DNA of 63,344 nt, the filler included. It is 9 parts of 9 records of this genome, joined end to end, with 100 filler letters (N's around TTAATTAATTAA, not from the genome) between each part and the next. Parts side by side here need not be neighbours in the genome. Positions count along the whole stretch, not along the records: positions 36,404 to 42,132 come from SRR31156797_50582; positions 42,233 to 48,383 come from SRR31156797_50596; positions 48,484 to 57,913 come from SRR31156797_50618; 6 more parts are not named here. The stretch is one strand, 5' to 3'. This document shows positions 39,932 through 50,044 of this stretch, piece by piece (within the stretch, counting starts at the first letter, position 1; every line of letters starts with the position of its first letter). A program made the position numbers and the translations under genes. The notes beneath the pieces were generated by a model. The model saw only the letters and a program-made list of their open reading frames with translations. It did no database searches and was not told the DNA's origin.

Positions 39932-41638
39932 ATGGTAACGACACGTAAACGGCTGGGAGAAATGCTGCTGGACGCCGGCCTCATTGAAAAAGCCCAGCTG
40001 GACAAGGCCTTGATTTCCATCAAAACCCAGGGCAAGCGGCTGGGACAATACCTGGTCACAGAAGGAATCGTCAGTGAAAAAGCCATAGTGGACCTGATTT
40101 CAACCCAGGTCCGGATAAAGCGGTATCTCCCCACCGACTATACCATCTCCCCGGCCCTGTCCACCGTCATCGATGTGGATACGGCCCGGAAATTCCAGGC
40201 CGTGCCCGTCCATAAAAAGGGAAACATCCTCACCCTTGCCATGACCGATCCCCTGGACATCAATGCCCTGGACCATATAGAGGTCTATGCCGATGTCGAA
40301 GCCGAGGCCGTCATCTGCACCGAGCAGGAGTTCAACACCCTGGTCTCCTCCATCTACGGCACCTATTCCGGATCCGACGGGGTCATGGAAAACATCCAGG
40401 AAATGGAGGAAATGGATGTAAAAGACGAGGTGGACGAGCCCCAGAACAGCTCCATCACCTCCCTAATGGACATGGCAGAAGAAGCCCCGGTCATCCGCCT
40501 GGTCAACTCCATCCTCACCCAGGCCGTAAAGGAAGGGGCCTCGGACATCCATCTTTCCCCTGAAAAAAATTATGTGGAGATCCGGTTCAGGGTGGACGGC
40601 AAGCTCCACCATGTCCCGGCCCCGCCCAAGGCCATGTTCCTGTCCATGGTTTCCCGGCTGAAAATCCTGGCCTCCCTGGATATCTCGGTCTCCAGAATCC
40701 CCCAGGACGGCCGGTTCACCGTCTTTGTCCAGGAAAAGGAAATCAATATCAGGGTCTCCACCATCCCCACGGTATACGGGGAAAACGTGGTCTTAAGACT
40801 GCTTGACACCAGTTCCGGCATCTACACCCTGGACAAGCTCGGGGTGTCGTCCAAGGATATCGCAACAATAGAAAAAATGATCAAAATGCCCTACGGCATG
40901 ATACTGGCCACCGGCCCCACCGGCTCGGGCAAGAGTACCTCCCTTTTTTCCATGCTCAAGATCATCAACAAACCCCACGTCAACATCATCACCCTGGAGG
41001 ACCCGGTGGAATACAGAATGGAGCATGTCCGCCAGGGTCAGCTCAACCGTAAGGCGGGCATGACCTTTGCCTCGGGCCTGCGGTCCATCCTCCGCCAGGA
41101 CCCGGATGTGGTCATGATCGGGGAGATCCGTGACGGGGAAACCGCAGGGGTGGCGGTCCAGGCCGCCCTCACCGGCCATATGGTCCTTTCCACCGTCCAT
41201 ACCAATGACGCCGCCGGGGCCATCACCCGCTTCGTGGACATGGGGGTCGAGCCCTTTCTGGTCTCTTCGGTCATGCTGGTCACCATTGCCCAGCGCCTCA
41301 TCCGGAAGGTCTGCCCCCATTGCAAAGAATCCTATTCCCCCCCTGAAGAGGTCAAAAGGTATTGGGGCCTTGAAAATGCCCAGGGCGTGGATTTTGTCCG
41401 GGGCAGGGGCTGCCTCCAATGCAAGGACACCGGCTATGCCGGCCGTACCGGCCTCTACGAGGTCCTCCATGTCAATGAAGATGTCCAGCAGATGATCCTT
41501 TCCGGCAAATCCGCCCAGGACATCACCAGGGCCTGCGCCCTTTCCGGCCAGCTCACCACCCTGAAACAGGATGCCGCCGACAAAGTGGCCAACGGCATCA
41601 CAACCCCGGAAGAGGCGGCCTCGGCCGTAATGATGTAA
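39932..41638 (+). CDS. pilB: GspE/PilB assembly ATPase
   Basis: RKRLGEMLL MshEN motif, ASDIH, PQDGR, GPTGSGKST, TLEDPVEY, LRQDPD, GEIRD, CPHC..CLQC. Confidence 0.92.
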   Translation: MVTTRKRLGEMLLDAGLIEKAQLDKALISIKTQGKRLGQYLVTEGIVSEKAIVDLISTQVRIKRYLPTDYTISPALSTVIDVDTARKFQAVPVHKKGNILTLAMTDPLDINALDHIEVYADVEAEAVICTEQEFNTLVSSIYGTYSGSDGVMENIQEMEEMDVKDEVDEPQNSSITSLMDMAEEAPVIRLVNSILTQAVKEGASDIHLSPEKNYVEIRFRVDGKLHHVPAPPKAMFLSMVSRLKILASLDISVSRIPQDGRFTVFVQEKEINIRVSTIPTVYGENVVLRLLDTSSGIYTLDKLGVSSKDIATIEKMIKMPYGMILATGPTGSGKSTSLFSMLKIINKPHVNIITLEDPVEYRMEHVRQGQLNRKAGMTFASGLRSILRQDPDVVMIGEIRDGETAGVAVQAALTGHMVLSTVHTNDAAGAITRFVDMGVEPFLVSSVMLVTIAQRLIRKVCPHCKESYSPPEEVKRYWGLENAQGVDFVRGRGCLQCKDTGYAGRTGLYEVLHVNEDVQQMILSGKSAQDITRACALSGQLTTLKQDAADKVANGITTPEEAASAVMM

Positions 41639-42132
41639 ATGACCCAGTTTATCTACAAAGCCATCAATGAAAACGGCAATACCATCACCGGCGACCTGGA
41701 CGCCCCCTCAAAGGACCAGGCCTTTGAAATCCTCTCCGCCCGGGGCTATATCCCGGAATCGGTACGGGAAAAAGGCGCCTCGGCATTGGAAAACTCCCAG
41801 ACCCTGTCCAAAATCATGGACAAACTCACCCCGGTAAAGCCCAGGGACCTCATCCTCTTTACCAAACAGTTTAAAACCCTGATCCAAGCCGGGGTCTCCA
41901 TGATGGATATCCTTTCCACCATGGAAGAGCAGACCGAGAACAAGCGGTTGAAAAAGGTGATCGGCGTTATCCGGGCGGATATCCGTGAGGGGGCTAATCT
42001 TTATATTGCCTTTTCCAAGCATGATGCCATTTTTTCTGAGCTCTACTGTAATATGCTCCATGCAGGGGAAGCTTCGGGTTCACTGCCGGATGTGCTGGAA
42101 AGGCTGATTTATATCATTGAGCATGAGCATAA
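41639..42132 (+). CDS. pilC: GspF/PilC platform protein, 3' partial
   Basis: FIYKA, FTKQFKTLIQAGVS, AGEASGSL. Confidence 0.9.
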
Positions 42133-42232
42133 NNNNNNNNNNNNNNNNNNNNNNNNNNNNNNNNNNNNNNNNNNNNTTAATTAATTAANNNNNNNNNNNN
42201 NNNNNNNNNNNNNNNNNNNNNNNNNNNNNNNN
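42133..42232. other. Artificial contig linker
   Basis: N44-TTAATTAATTAA-N44. Confidence 0.99.
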
Positions 42233-42338
42233 ACAGTCAGGTTGCCATCATTTGTCCTTTTATAAAGTTACCAAGTGGTTGCGGCCGGTGAAACGTATGC
42301 AATGATAAAGGCGCGTTGTGCGCATGACTCCTTAAATA

Positions 42339-44693
42339 TCATCCATGCCCATTCCAAAAACGCTTCAATTCTTCTGAAATCTTCTCGGGCCTGTTAACCC
42401 TTAAAGGGCGGCGATCCGGTGGAAACAGCCTCTGATAGCGGCCTGAAGTAAAACGCTCGTCTATTAAAAATACTACGCCCCGGTCGCTCTCGGTGCGTAT
42501 CACCCGGCCGGCGGCCTGAAACACCCGGCTTAATCCGGGGTACATGTAAGCGTATTCAAAGCCCCGGCCGCAGGCTTCATTGAAATAATCGCGGATCAAT
42601 TCCCGCTCCGGAGATATTCCCGGCAGACCCACGCCCACTATTACGGCCCCGGTCAGCCTGTCTCCGACCAGATCAATCGCTTCGCCGAAAATGCCGCCCA
42701 TAACCGAAAAAGCGGCCAGGGTTTTGTCCCTGTCCCCGCTGAACACATCCAGAAAATCCATCCGCTCCTGTTCGGTCATGCCCGGACGCTGGACCATAAT
42801 GTCTATGCCTTCGGCTTCCGAAGCAAACAACTCGCAGACCATATCCATGTAACGGTAAGAAGGAAAAAAGACCAGGTAATTGCCTTTCTTGCCGCCAATA
42901 ACCGCCTTGATGACCCGGCAGACCTGTTCAATCGTATGTTCCCGGTGTCTGTAAGTGGTTGATATGTTATCCGACACCATCAGGCAGAGGTTTTCCTTTG
43001 GAAAAGGAGAAGCCAGGGAAATTGATCCCGCGGTTTCATGGCACCCGAAAAGCTTGCGGAAATATTCGGGCGGGCGTAACGTGGCGGAAAAAAATACGGC
43101 TGAATCGCCCCTCTTTAAAGCTGCTTGAATACTTTTCGAAGGATCCAGGCAATACAGCCTCAACCGCAAATCATTGCGGTCGGGTTCGTAGCAGGTTATG
43201 TACCGGTCGTCATATTCTTCGGCAATCCTGATAAATCCGGAAATGGAAAAATATAAATCCAGAAAATCATCATGGCGGGACGCCTTGTACCCGCTCGCCA
43301 GCCTGCTTTCCGAAGCCCGGATAAAGTCCTTGAGCAAATCGGTCAAACCCTCGGGCGCTTCCTTCAAGGACAAAAAACCGCCTTGTCCTTCACAATACTT
43401 TCTTGCTTCCAGCAGCCATTTGTTTATTTCACCAAGACTGTCGGCAATATCAGGCGATTCATCCTTGAGCAGCTTTTTCAGGTTTAAAACATCCTGTTTT
43501 TGTATTTCCGCGGAATACATGTACCTGGACCGGTCCACCAGGTTGTGGGCTTCGTCCACCAAAAACACCATGCAGTCTTTGTCGGCCAATTGCCTTTTCA
43601 ACTGGATTTTGGGATCAAAGACATAATTGTAATCCCCGATAATAAAATCGGCCCGAAGGGCCAGGTCGAGAGACAATTCAAACGGACAGACTTTGTGTTT
43701 TTGGGCCGTTTCCCTGATGGCGTCCGCTGTCAGTTCGTCCTGATTGAAAGCTTCGGCCATGGCCGCGCCCACCCGGTCAAAATGGCCGACAGCATAGGCG
43801 CATTCTTCGGCATTGCAGTTTTTATCAGGATTAAAGCATATCTTTTCCTTGGCGGTCAGGGTCACCGCCTTGATCCCGGCGCCATGTTCTCGCAAATCCG
43901 CCAGGGCCTTTTCCGCTGCTGTCCGGCCCGTGGTCCGGGCGGTCAGGTAGAATATGGTTTTTGCCAAATCTCCGGCCAAGGCCTTGACTGCGGGAAAAAT
44001 AACAGCCATGGTTTTACCGATGCCCGTGGGCGCCTGGGCGGTCAACTGCCCCTTGTCGCGAATGGTCCGGTACACGGCCACGGCCATGGCCCTTTGCCCC
44101 GGCCGATAATCACCGTACGGAAAATCCAGCTTTTCCAGGGATTCGTTTCTGAATTTTCTCCAGGCATGGATTGTTTCCAGGTCCTTGATATAAGCGTCGA
44201 CGATGCGTTCGAAAAAATCTTCCAGTTCTGCAATTGAAAACGTGCGGCAAACTTCCCTTTGCTCGCCCCGCCCGATTTCGAAATAGGTAAGTTGACACTG
44301 CACTTCATCCAAACCGTGAAAGACGCCATGTATATAGGCATAAATCTTTACCTGGGCCCAGTGGACCGGATTTTCATCCCGCACCGCTGCATCAATGTTC
44401 CGGGTCACGGTTTTTATTTCTTCAATAACGGGTGGTTCGATGTCGTGAAAGACGCCGTCAATCCTCCCCCTTAACTGTAAAACGAATTCCCCGGCTTCCA
44501 CCGTATGGGAAACAGGAACTTCGCCCTGGTAATCGCCTGTTCTGGATTTCTGTATTTCGCGATGAGCGCGGATGGCTTCCACGTTTCGCGTTGTGCCGGT
44601 GAATTCACTGTTAAGGTCCCCGGAACGCATTACGCTTTCCACCAGCGCGCGCACCTGGACCGTGATCGTTTCTTTGGGCGCCTGTTCGGTCAT
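42339..44693 (-). CDS. Rad3/DinG/XPD-family Fe-S DNA helicase with N-terminal PD-(D/E)xK nuclease domain
   Basis: GRIDG..IEEIKT..HWAQVKIY nuclease motifs; RPGQ, QAPTGIGKT, Cys cluster (KICF..C..C, VCPFE), DEAHNL, FSATL, QAAGRVIR. Confidence 0.9.
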   Translation of the reverse strand: MTEQAPKETITVQVRALVESVMRSGDLNSEFTGTTRNVEAIRAHREIQKSRTGDYQGEVPVSHTVEAGEFVLQLRGRIDGVFHDIEPPVIEEIKTVTRNIDAAVRDENPVHWAQVKIYAYIHGVFHGLDEVQCQLTYFEIGRGEQREVCRTFSIAELEDFFERIVDAYIKDLETIHAWRKFRNESLEKLDFPYGDYRPGQRAMAVAVYRTIRDKGQLTAQAPTGIGKTMAVIFPAVKALAGDLAKTIFYLTARTTGRTAAEKALADLREHGAGIKAVTLTAKEKICFNPDKNCNAEECAYAVGHFDRVGAAMAEAFNQDELTADAIRETAQKHKVCPFELSLDLALRADFIIGDYNYVFDPKIQLKRQLADKDCMVFLVDEAHNLVDRSRYMYSAEIQKQDVLNLKKLLKDESPDIADSLGEINKWLLEARKYCEGQGGFLSLKEAPEGLTDLLKDFIRASESRLASGYKASRHDDFLDLYFSISGFIRIAEEYDDRYITCYEPDRNDLRLRLYCLDPSKSIQAALKRGDSAVFFSATLRPPEYFRKLFGCHETAGSISLASPFPKENLCLMVSDNISTTYRHREHTIEQVCRVIKAVIGGKKGNYLVFFPSYRYMDMVCELFASEAEGIDIMVQRPGMTEQERMDFLDVFSGDRDKTLAAFSVMGGIFGEAIDLVGDRLTGAVIVGVGLPGISPERELIRDYFNEACGRGFEYAYMYPGLSRVFQAAGRVIRTESDRGVVFLIDERFTSGRYQRLFPPDRRPLRVNRPEKISEELKRFWNGHG

Positions 44694-47692
44694 GGCCCGA
44701 CCGGCTGGATATGATCCACAATCAACGTGGGGATGTCGAAATCCACATCCACTTTCCCGTTAAGTATATAAGGCCGTCCCCGGTCCAGGATGTTGCAGAA
44801 CCGCTTGTAGGCCCGGGGGAAAAAAGTCGTCTCCACGATTCCGGTTTCATCTTCAAAAGTCAAAAACTTCATGGCCTGGCCCGTTTTGGTGCTGACCAGC
44901 TTGCCCGTGATCAGCCAGCCCGCCATTCTTATCCTCCTTCCGGCCATTTGAGGCGACAGGTCTTCGGCTTTTATCAGGCCCTTCTGAAGTTTGTCTTTGA
45001 AAAGCACAATGGGATGCCGGTCGGGTAAAAATCCAAGGACGGCGTACTGACGCCGCAGCCTTTCGATTTCGCTGCCCGGCGGAATGTTGGGCGCCGGCAG
45101 GTCCGGACTTGTCGGGAAGAGGCTCCCTGACGCGCCCCGGCCCGCGGCCGCGACCCTGGCGGTTCTTTTTCCGGCCAGCTTCCACAAAAGAAGGGCGTGT
45201 TCCCGCCTGTCTTCCACATCGTCAAAAGCCCCGGCCTGGACCAGGGCCCGGGCTTCGTCTTCATCCGGCCTCACCCTGATGAGAAAATCATCAAAACCGG
45301 AAAAAAGGCCTATCTCCCGCTCGGACACTATCCTGTCCCTGGTCTTGACGCCCAGGCCCTTGATCGATTGCAGCCCGACCCGGATGCTCCCGCTTTCGCC
45401 TTTCCAGGAAATATCGCTTTTATTCACATCCGGGGGCAGCACCTTAAGCCCCAGCCGCCAGGCTTCGGAAACATAGGCAAAAGCGCTGTAAAATCCGCCC
45501 TGGTTGCTGATAACCGCGGCCATGAATTCGGCGGGGTAATGAACCTTCAAATACGCGGCCTGGAAAGAAACCCTCGCATAACTGGCGCTGTGGGGCTTGC
45601 AAAAGGAATACCCGCTGAAGCTCAGCATCATTTCCCAGACCGCGGTTATGCTTTCTTCCGAAACCCCTTTGGCCCGAGCCCCGGCTTCAAACTTGGCCTT
45701 GTAATCCCTTAACGCGGTTTCCTTGTCCTTCCTGGCCATGACCTTGCGCAGCCCGTCCGCTTCTGCATGGGAAAAGCCGGCCATGGCCGCGGCCGTCTTG
45801 GAAACGTCTTCCTGAAAGACCATTATGCCGAAAGTCTCATCCAGTATGTCCGTCAGCAACGGGTGTATGGGCTGCCAGGCCCCGCCCTTGAGGCGGCGGA
45901 TGTATTCCCTGACAAATTCATTGGCCGCGGGCCGGATAATGCTGCTGTGAATGACCAGGTGTTGAAAATCGCCCACGCCGGCCTTTTGCTGGAAAAGGCG
46001 CATGGCCGGGCTTTCTATATAAAAACAGCCCATGGTCAAACCCCGGGCGATGGCGGCCCGGGTGGGCGGGTCGTCTTCAGGCTCCCACCCGGATTCATCA
46101 AAAACCCGGCCGTTTTCCCGGACGCTTTTGATGGCGTCCCGAATGACCCCCAGACTGCGGTTGCCCAGCAGATCTATTTTTACCAGGCCGGCGTCCTCGC
46201 TCCCGTCCTTTTCCCACTGGACAATGGGCACGCCCTTGGGCGCTTTTTCAATGGGCGTGTATTCCTCTATCGGCCGGGGCGTGATTATCATGCCCCCGGC
46301 ATGCACGGAAAGATGCCGGGGGATGCCGATGATCTTCTGGGCCAGGCGCAGTATATCCGGCCAGGGTTCGGGAAATTCCAGCTCCCGAGTTTCCGGCATG
46401 ACCCTGAGCCGGGCTTCCAGGTCGGAACTGAATTCCTTGTGGCTCCAAAACCAGGGCAGGCGCTTGGCCACATGGCTTATTTCCCTTTCCGCCAGCCCGA
46501 AAACCTTGGCCGTCTCCCGGATGGCCATGCGAGGCTGAAAAAGAACGTGGTTGCAGACCATGGCCGCGCGTCCCTCGTACTGCTTAAGCACGGAATCAAG
46601 CACGTCGTCCCGCTCGTCCCAGGCAAAATCCACGTCAATATCCGGCGGGTCCTTGCGGTCCGCATTTATGAAACGTTCAAAATAAAGGTTGTTTTTCAAG
46701 GGGCAGACATTGGTGATGCGCAGGCAGTAGGCCACAAGGGAAGCCGCTCCCGAACCCCGGCCGCATATCCGGGGGCTGCGCCGGATTATATCCCGGACCA
46801 CCAGGAAATAAGACGAAAAGTCCTTGGCCGCGATAATGGCCAGTTCGTGCTCCAACCGCTCGACGATTGCTTCGGAAAGGTCGTGCCCGTAAACGTCCCG
46901 CGCGCCGGCGTACGCTTCTTGCCTGAGTACTTCGTTCGCACACCGGCCTTGAGCGTCTTCCCAGGGGGGCATGACCGTGCTTGCATTCGGCCCCCGAAAG
47001 GAAAGCCGTTCGGCCAGGGCGTAACCGGCCGTGATCGTTTCCGGGAACATTTCGAAACGTTCTTCGTATTCCCAGGCCGAAGCCAGCCAGGCGTCCGGCA
47101 AAGCCAGATCCGAATCAGCCAGGCGGGAAAGGGAAGTGTTAAGGTCGATAGCCCTGAGCAGTCGGTGGACTTCAAAATCCCCGGGTTCAAGAAAATAACT
47201 GTCCGGCACGGCTACGGCCGGACGCCCGAGCCGCGCGGCCGATTTGATGATTTCGCCCACCGCGTCCGAAGGCCGGCGGGGCAGGGCCGCGAAAACTTCC
47301 GCCCCGGCTTCATGCCAGCCTTCAAGCAAATCAAGATCGGAAGTTAAAACGACCAGGCCCGGCGATTTTTCGGCGACCGTTTTTAAAAGGTCGAAATCAT
47401 CGTCCTGGCTCCGGCGGGTGAGCAGCCGGCAAAGATTGCGATACCCGTCATCGTTTTGCACCAGGCACACGGCCCGGCGATCGCTGTCGGGCTCGTCAAC
47501 TTCAGCGCCCACAATAGGGGTCAGTTTTTCCCGCGCACAGGCCTGCAAAAAAGGCCAGAGCCCATAGAGATTGTTTGTGTCGGTCAGGGCGATATGGCTG
47601 AAACCCCGCTCCCGCGCGGCCCGGCAAAGAGCTCCCGGCGAAGCCGCGCCCCGCATCAACGAATAATGGGAACGAACCGCCAACGGAATCAT
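44690..47692 (-). CDS. dnaE2: Error-prone DNA polymerase III alpha (DnaE2-type)
   Basis: PHP domain RSHYS..TDTNNLYG, GRGSGAASLV, PPDIDVDF, KIDLLG, YSFCKPHS, C-terminal OB fold FLTFEDETG; 1000 aa; downstream of a Y-family gene. Confidence 0.88.
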   Translation of the reverse strand: MIPLAVRSHYSLMRGAASPGALCRAARERGFSHIALTDTNNLYGLWPFLQACAREKLTPIVGAEVDEPDSDRRAVCLVQNDDGYRNLCRLLTRRSQDDDFDLLKTVAEKSPGLVVLTSDLDLLEGWHEAGAEVFAALPRRPSDAVGEIIKSAARLGRPAVAVPDSYFLEPGDFEVHRLLRAIDLNTSLSRLADSDLALPDAWLASAWEYEERFEMFPETITAGYALAERLSFRGPNASTVMPPWEDAQGRCANEVLRQEAYAGARDVYGHDLSEAIVERLEHELAIIAAKDFSSYFLVVRDIIRRSPRICGRGSGAASLVAYCLRITNVCPLKNNLYFERFINADRKDPPDIDVDFAWDERDDVLDSVLKQYEGRAAMVCNHVLFQPRMAIRETAKVFGLAEREISHVAKRLPWFWSHKEFSSDLEARLRVMPETRELEFPEPWPDILRLAQKIIGIPRHLSVHAGGMIITPRPIEEYTPIEKAPKGVPIVQWEKDGSEDAGLVKIDLLGNRSLGVIRDAIKSVRENGRVFDESGWEPEDDPPTRAAIARGLTMGCFYIESPAMRLFQQKAGVGDFQHLVIHSSIIRPAANEFVREYIRRLKGGAWQPIHPLLTDILDETFGIMVFQEDVSKTAAAMAGFSHAEADGLRKVMARKDKETALRDYKAKFEAGARAKGVSEESITAVWEMMLSFSGYSFCKPHSASYARVSFQAAYLKVHYPAEFMAAVISNQGGFYSAFAYVSEAWRLGLKVLPPDVNKSDISWKGESGSIRVGLQSIKGLGVKTRDRIVSEREIGLFSGFDDFLIRVRPDEDEARALVQAGAFDDVEDRREHALLLWKLAGKRTARVAAAGRGASGSLFPTSPDLPAPNIPPGSEIERLRRQYAVLGFLPDRHPIVLFKDKLQKGLIKAEDLSPQMAGRRIRMAGWLITGKLVSTKTGQAMKFLTFEDETGIVETTFFPRAYKRFCNILDRGRPYILNGKVDVDFDIPTLIVDHIQPVGP

Positions 47693-48383
47693 AATCCCTC
47701 CGCGGCCAAGGTCCGGCCCACCCGGATCATGTCCGCGCCGAACTTGCTCCGGATTAAATCCAGGGCCATGGGAATTTTTTCGCTCGGCGCCTTTTCCTGT
47801 TCTTCTTCGGGAAAAAGCTCCAACTGGGCCGGCGGCTCGGTCAGGCTGCCGCAGACAAGCCGTATGTGCCTTATACGCACCCTCCTGAGCCAGGCCAGTT
47901 CCAGGGCCTGTCGGGCCAGGGAAAAAAGCTTGAAATCGACAGCCGTGCCTACAGCGGCCGATTTTTGCCGCACCGCCCGCATGCCGTCCGAATAATCTAT
48001 CAGCACAGACGCCCGGCGCGCGGCCAGGCCCTTTCGCCTGAGCTCTTCCCCGATTGTTTCCACCATGCCGTACAAGGCCCCTTCCACCACGGCCCGGTCG
48101 TTTGTGTCTTCCCCGAATTCATGGTCCCGGCGGATGTTCTTGTCCTTTTTTCGGGCCGGCATGACCGGCGAAGCATCTATGCCCCGGAACGAATTGAACA
48201 GGCTTTTGCCCCGCTTGCCGAACACCGCATGAAGTTGCTCCACGGTCCACAGGGCCGCTTCCCCCACCCTGTATATATTGAATTCCCTTAAGCAAAGGAC
48301 GTCCTCCCGTTCCAGGCCGGGTAAAAGATAAACCGGCAGGGGTTTTAATATTTCTTCTTCTTCTCCCGCCTCAACAATGTATT
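47689..48383 (-). CDS. DinB/ImuB-like Y-family polymerase, C-terminal part
   Basis: Frame open to the contig edge (LKPLPVYLLPGL..); GIDASPV, little-finger region, QLELF clamp motif, ALDLIRSKFG; ATGA overlap with dnaE2. Confidence 0.8.
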
Positions 48384-48483
48384 NNNNNNNNNNNNNNNNN
48401 NNNNNNNNNNNNNNNNNNNNNNNNNNNTTAATTAATTAANNNNNNNNNNNNNNNNNNNNNNNNNNNNNNNNNNNNNNNNNNNN
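48384..48483. other. Artificial contig linker
   Basis: N44-TTAATTAATTAA-N44. Confidence 0.99.
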
Positions 48484-48486
48484 ACT

Positions 48487-48511
48487 GTAGGGGCACGGCG
48501 TGCCGTGCCCT
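48487..48511 (+). repeat. GTAG-type REP element
   Basis: GTAG followed by the palindrome GGGCACGGC-GT-GCCGTGCCC at the contig start. Confidence 0.75.
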
Positions 48512-48606
48512 TTTAGGGCCTGACCAATTAGGAAATATTGTTGAGAACCACTATAAATCAGGTAAAATTCTCCACTAATCATCAGGCCGGCATCTCCGTC
48601 CCAGCT

Positions 48607-49854
48607 TTATTGTTTTTTCCCGGGCATTTTTAGGAGCGACAAACCAAGGGCGACCGCGCATATCCCGCAGGCGGCCAGGATCCCGGAAACGGCCGAAGAG
48701 TAAGCGATTCCAAGAGAATGAGTTCCATCCAGCAATAAACCGAACAGGGCCATACCGATAGGCAGGGAGCTGCCGCCAAGGGCCTGGGCCGCGCCCATGG
48801 TACGGCCCCGCTCATCTTCAGTGGAACTGAGTTGTAATTCCGTAAGCAGGTTTACGACAATGACGCCGATGCCTGTTCCAATCAATACGAGCGAAACCAG
48901 GCACAGCGGGACGGAACCGACTAATGCGGCCGAACAAAACATAAAGCCGGTCAGACATGCAGCCAGGGCGATGAGTTTATGACGCGCAGCAAAGCCGGAG
49001 GGAATGGATCCGGCGACAATAAAACCGAAAAGTATGCCGATTGTGTATGATCCGTAAAAAAGGCCGACCCATTTTTCCTGAACATTCAATTTATGTTCCG
49101 CCAGAAAAGGCAGGAGCACGGGCAAGGCGGAAAGACACAGGTGGAAAGCGGCTATGTAAAGAATAAGTCTGAAAAGGTATGGTGTGCTGCGTATTTTTTT
49201 CAGGGTTAGCCACATGTCTTTCATAACTGCTTTGGGGGTGTTTTCCGCTTTTACTACTTTGTCCGTGGAATTGGGAATCCGGATGAACATTTCCGAAAAG
49301 GCGGAAGCCGCAAATGAGACCGCATTGACCGCAAAAGCCAGGACTGCGCCGAACGCTGCGAAAAGCACACCGCCTGCCGCCTGCCCTATCACGCTGGCCC
49401 CGACATTGCTGAACTGATGCGCTGCATTGGCTTTTTCCAGGTATTTTTCTTCAACTATTGATGGAATAATCGATGTGGCCGCGGGAATAAAAGATGCGGC
49501 GCAGCCCCCCAGAATAAGGTTTGCGACGCCCAGGGCGATTAGAATAAGCAACGTGTTGGATGACAACAGGCAAACGCCGACCAGGGCGAATAAAGCAAGG
49601 CTGCTTATAATATCGGATACGACCATTATTTTTACTTTGCCGAATCGATCGGCCAGGGTTCCGCCCAAAGGAGCCAGGATGGATTCGGGCAAACTTGTCA
49701 ACAACATGGCCAGACCCATAATGGCGGCCGATCCCGTCAATTCCTTAATCCACAATAGCATGGCTATATCGTAGACATAACTGCCGAAACTGCTCACAAA
49801 CTGTCCCTGCAGCAAAAGAATCAGGTTTTTAATTGATTTACTCTTTGTGGTCAT
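48607..49854 (-). CDS. MFS transporter (macrolide-efflux/DHA3-like)
   Basis: GQFVSSFG, GGTLADRFGK motif A, ~12 TM segments, ERGR. Confidence 0.88.
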   Translation of the reverse strand: MTTKSKSIKNLILLLQGQFVSSFGSYVYDIAMLLWIKELTGSAAIMGLAMLLTSLPESILAPLGGTLADRFGKVKIMVVSDIISSLALFALVGVCLLSSNTLLILIALGVANLILGGCAASFIPAATSIIPSIVEEKYLEKANAAHQFSNVGASVIGQAAGGVLFAAFGAVLAFAVNAVSFAASAFSEMFIRIPNSTDKVVKAENTPKAVMKDMWLTLKKIRSTPYLFRLILYIAAFHLCLSALPVLLPFLAEHKLNVQEKWVGLFYGSYTIGILFGFIVAGSIPSGFAARHKLIALAACLTGFMFCSAALVGSVPLCLVSLVLIGTGIGVIVVNLLTELQLSSTEDERGRTMGAAQALGGSSLPIGMALFGLLLDGTHSLGIAYSSAVSGILAACGICAVALGLSLLKMPGKKQ

Positions 49855-50044
49855 TATCAGTATTCCGTCCCGCCTGATTGAATTAAAAATATCAAAATAA
49901 AGTGTGAAGTAATAGACAGGTCAAGAAATATAATTAAGGATTGCGAAAGTTCAAGAGGCTGGCGATTTTAAAATAAAAGGAGTATCATTCCTTTCTTGAA
50001 AATTCGAACGGCCTCTTGAAACAGCCGTACAGGAGCAATGAAAA

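Noticed and set aside
42339-44693. CRISPR-associated Cas4/CasDinG interpretation of the nuclease-helicase
   Set aside because: No CRISPR array or other cas genes on the contig; the context is dnaE2.
45767-47347. Long antisense ORFs (526 aa here; also 33264-34313, 59791-60894, 2422-3132)
   Set aside because: Each lies opposite a well-supported gene (dnaE2, rapA, eno, bioD) in GC-rich DNA and has no protein motifs.
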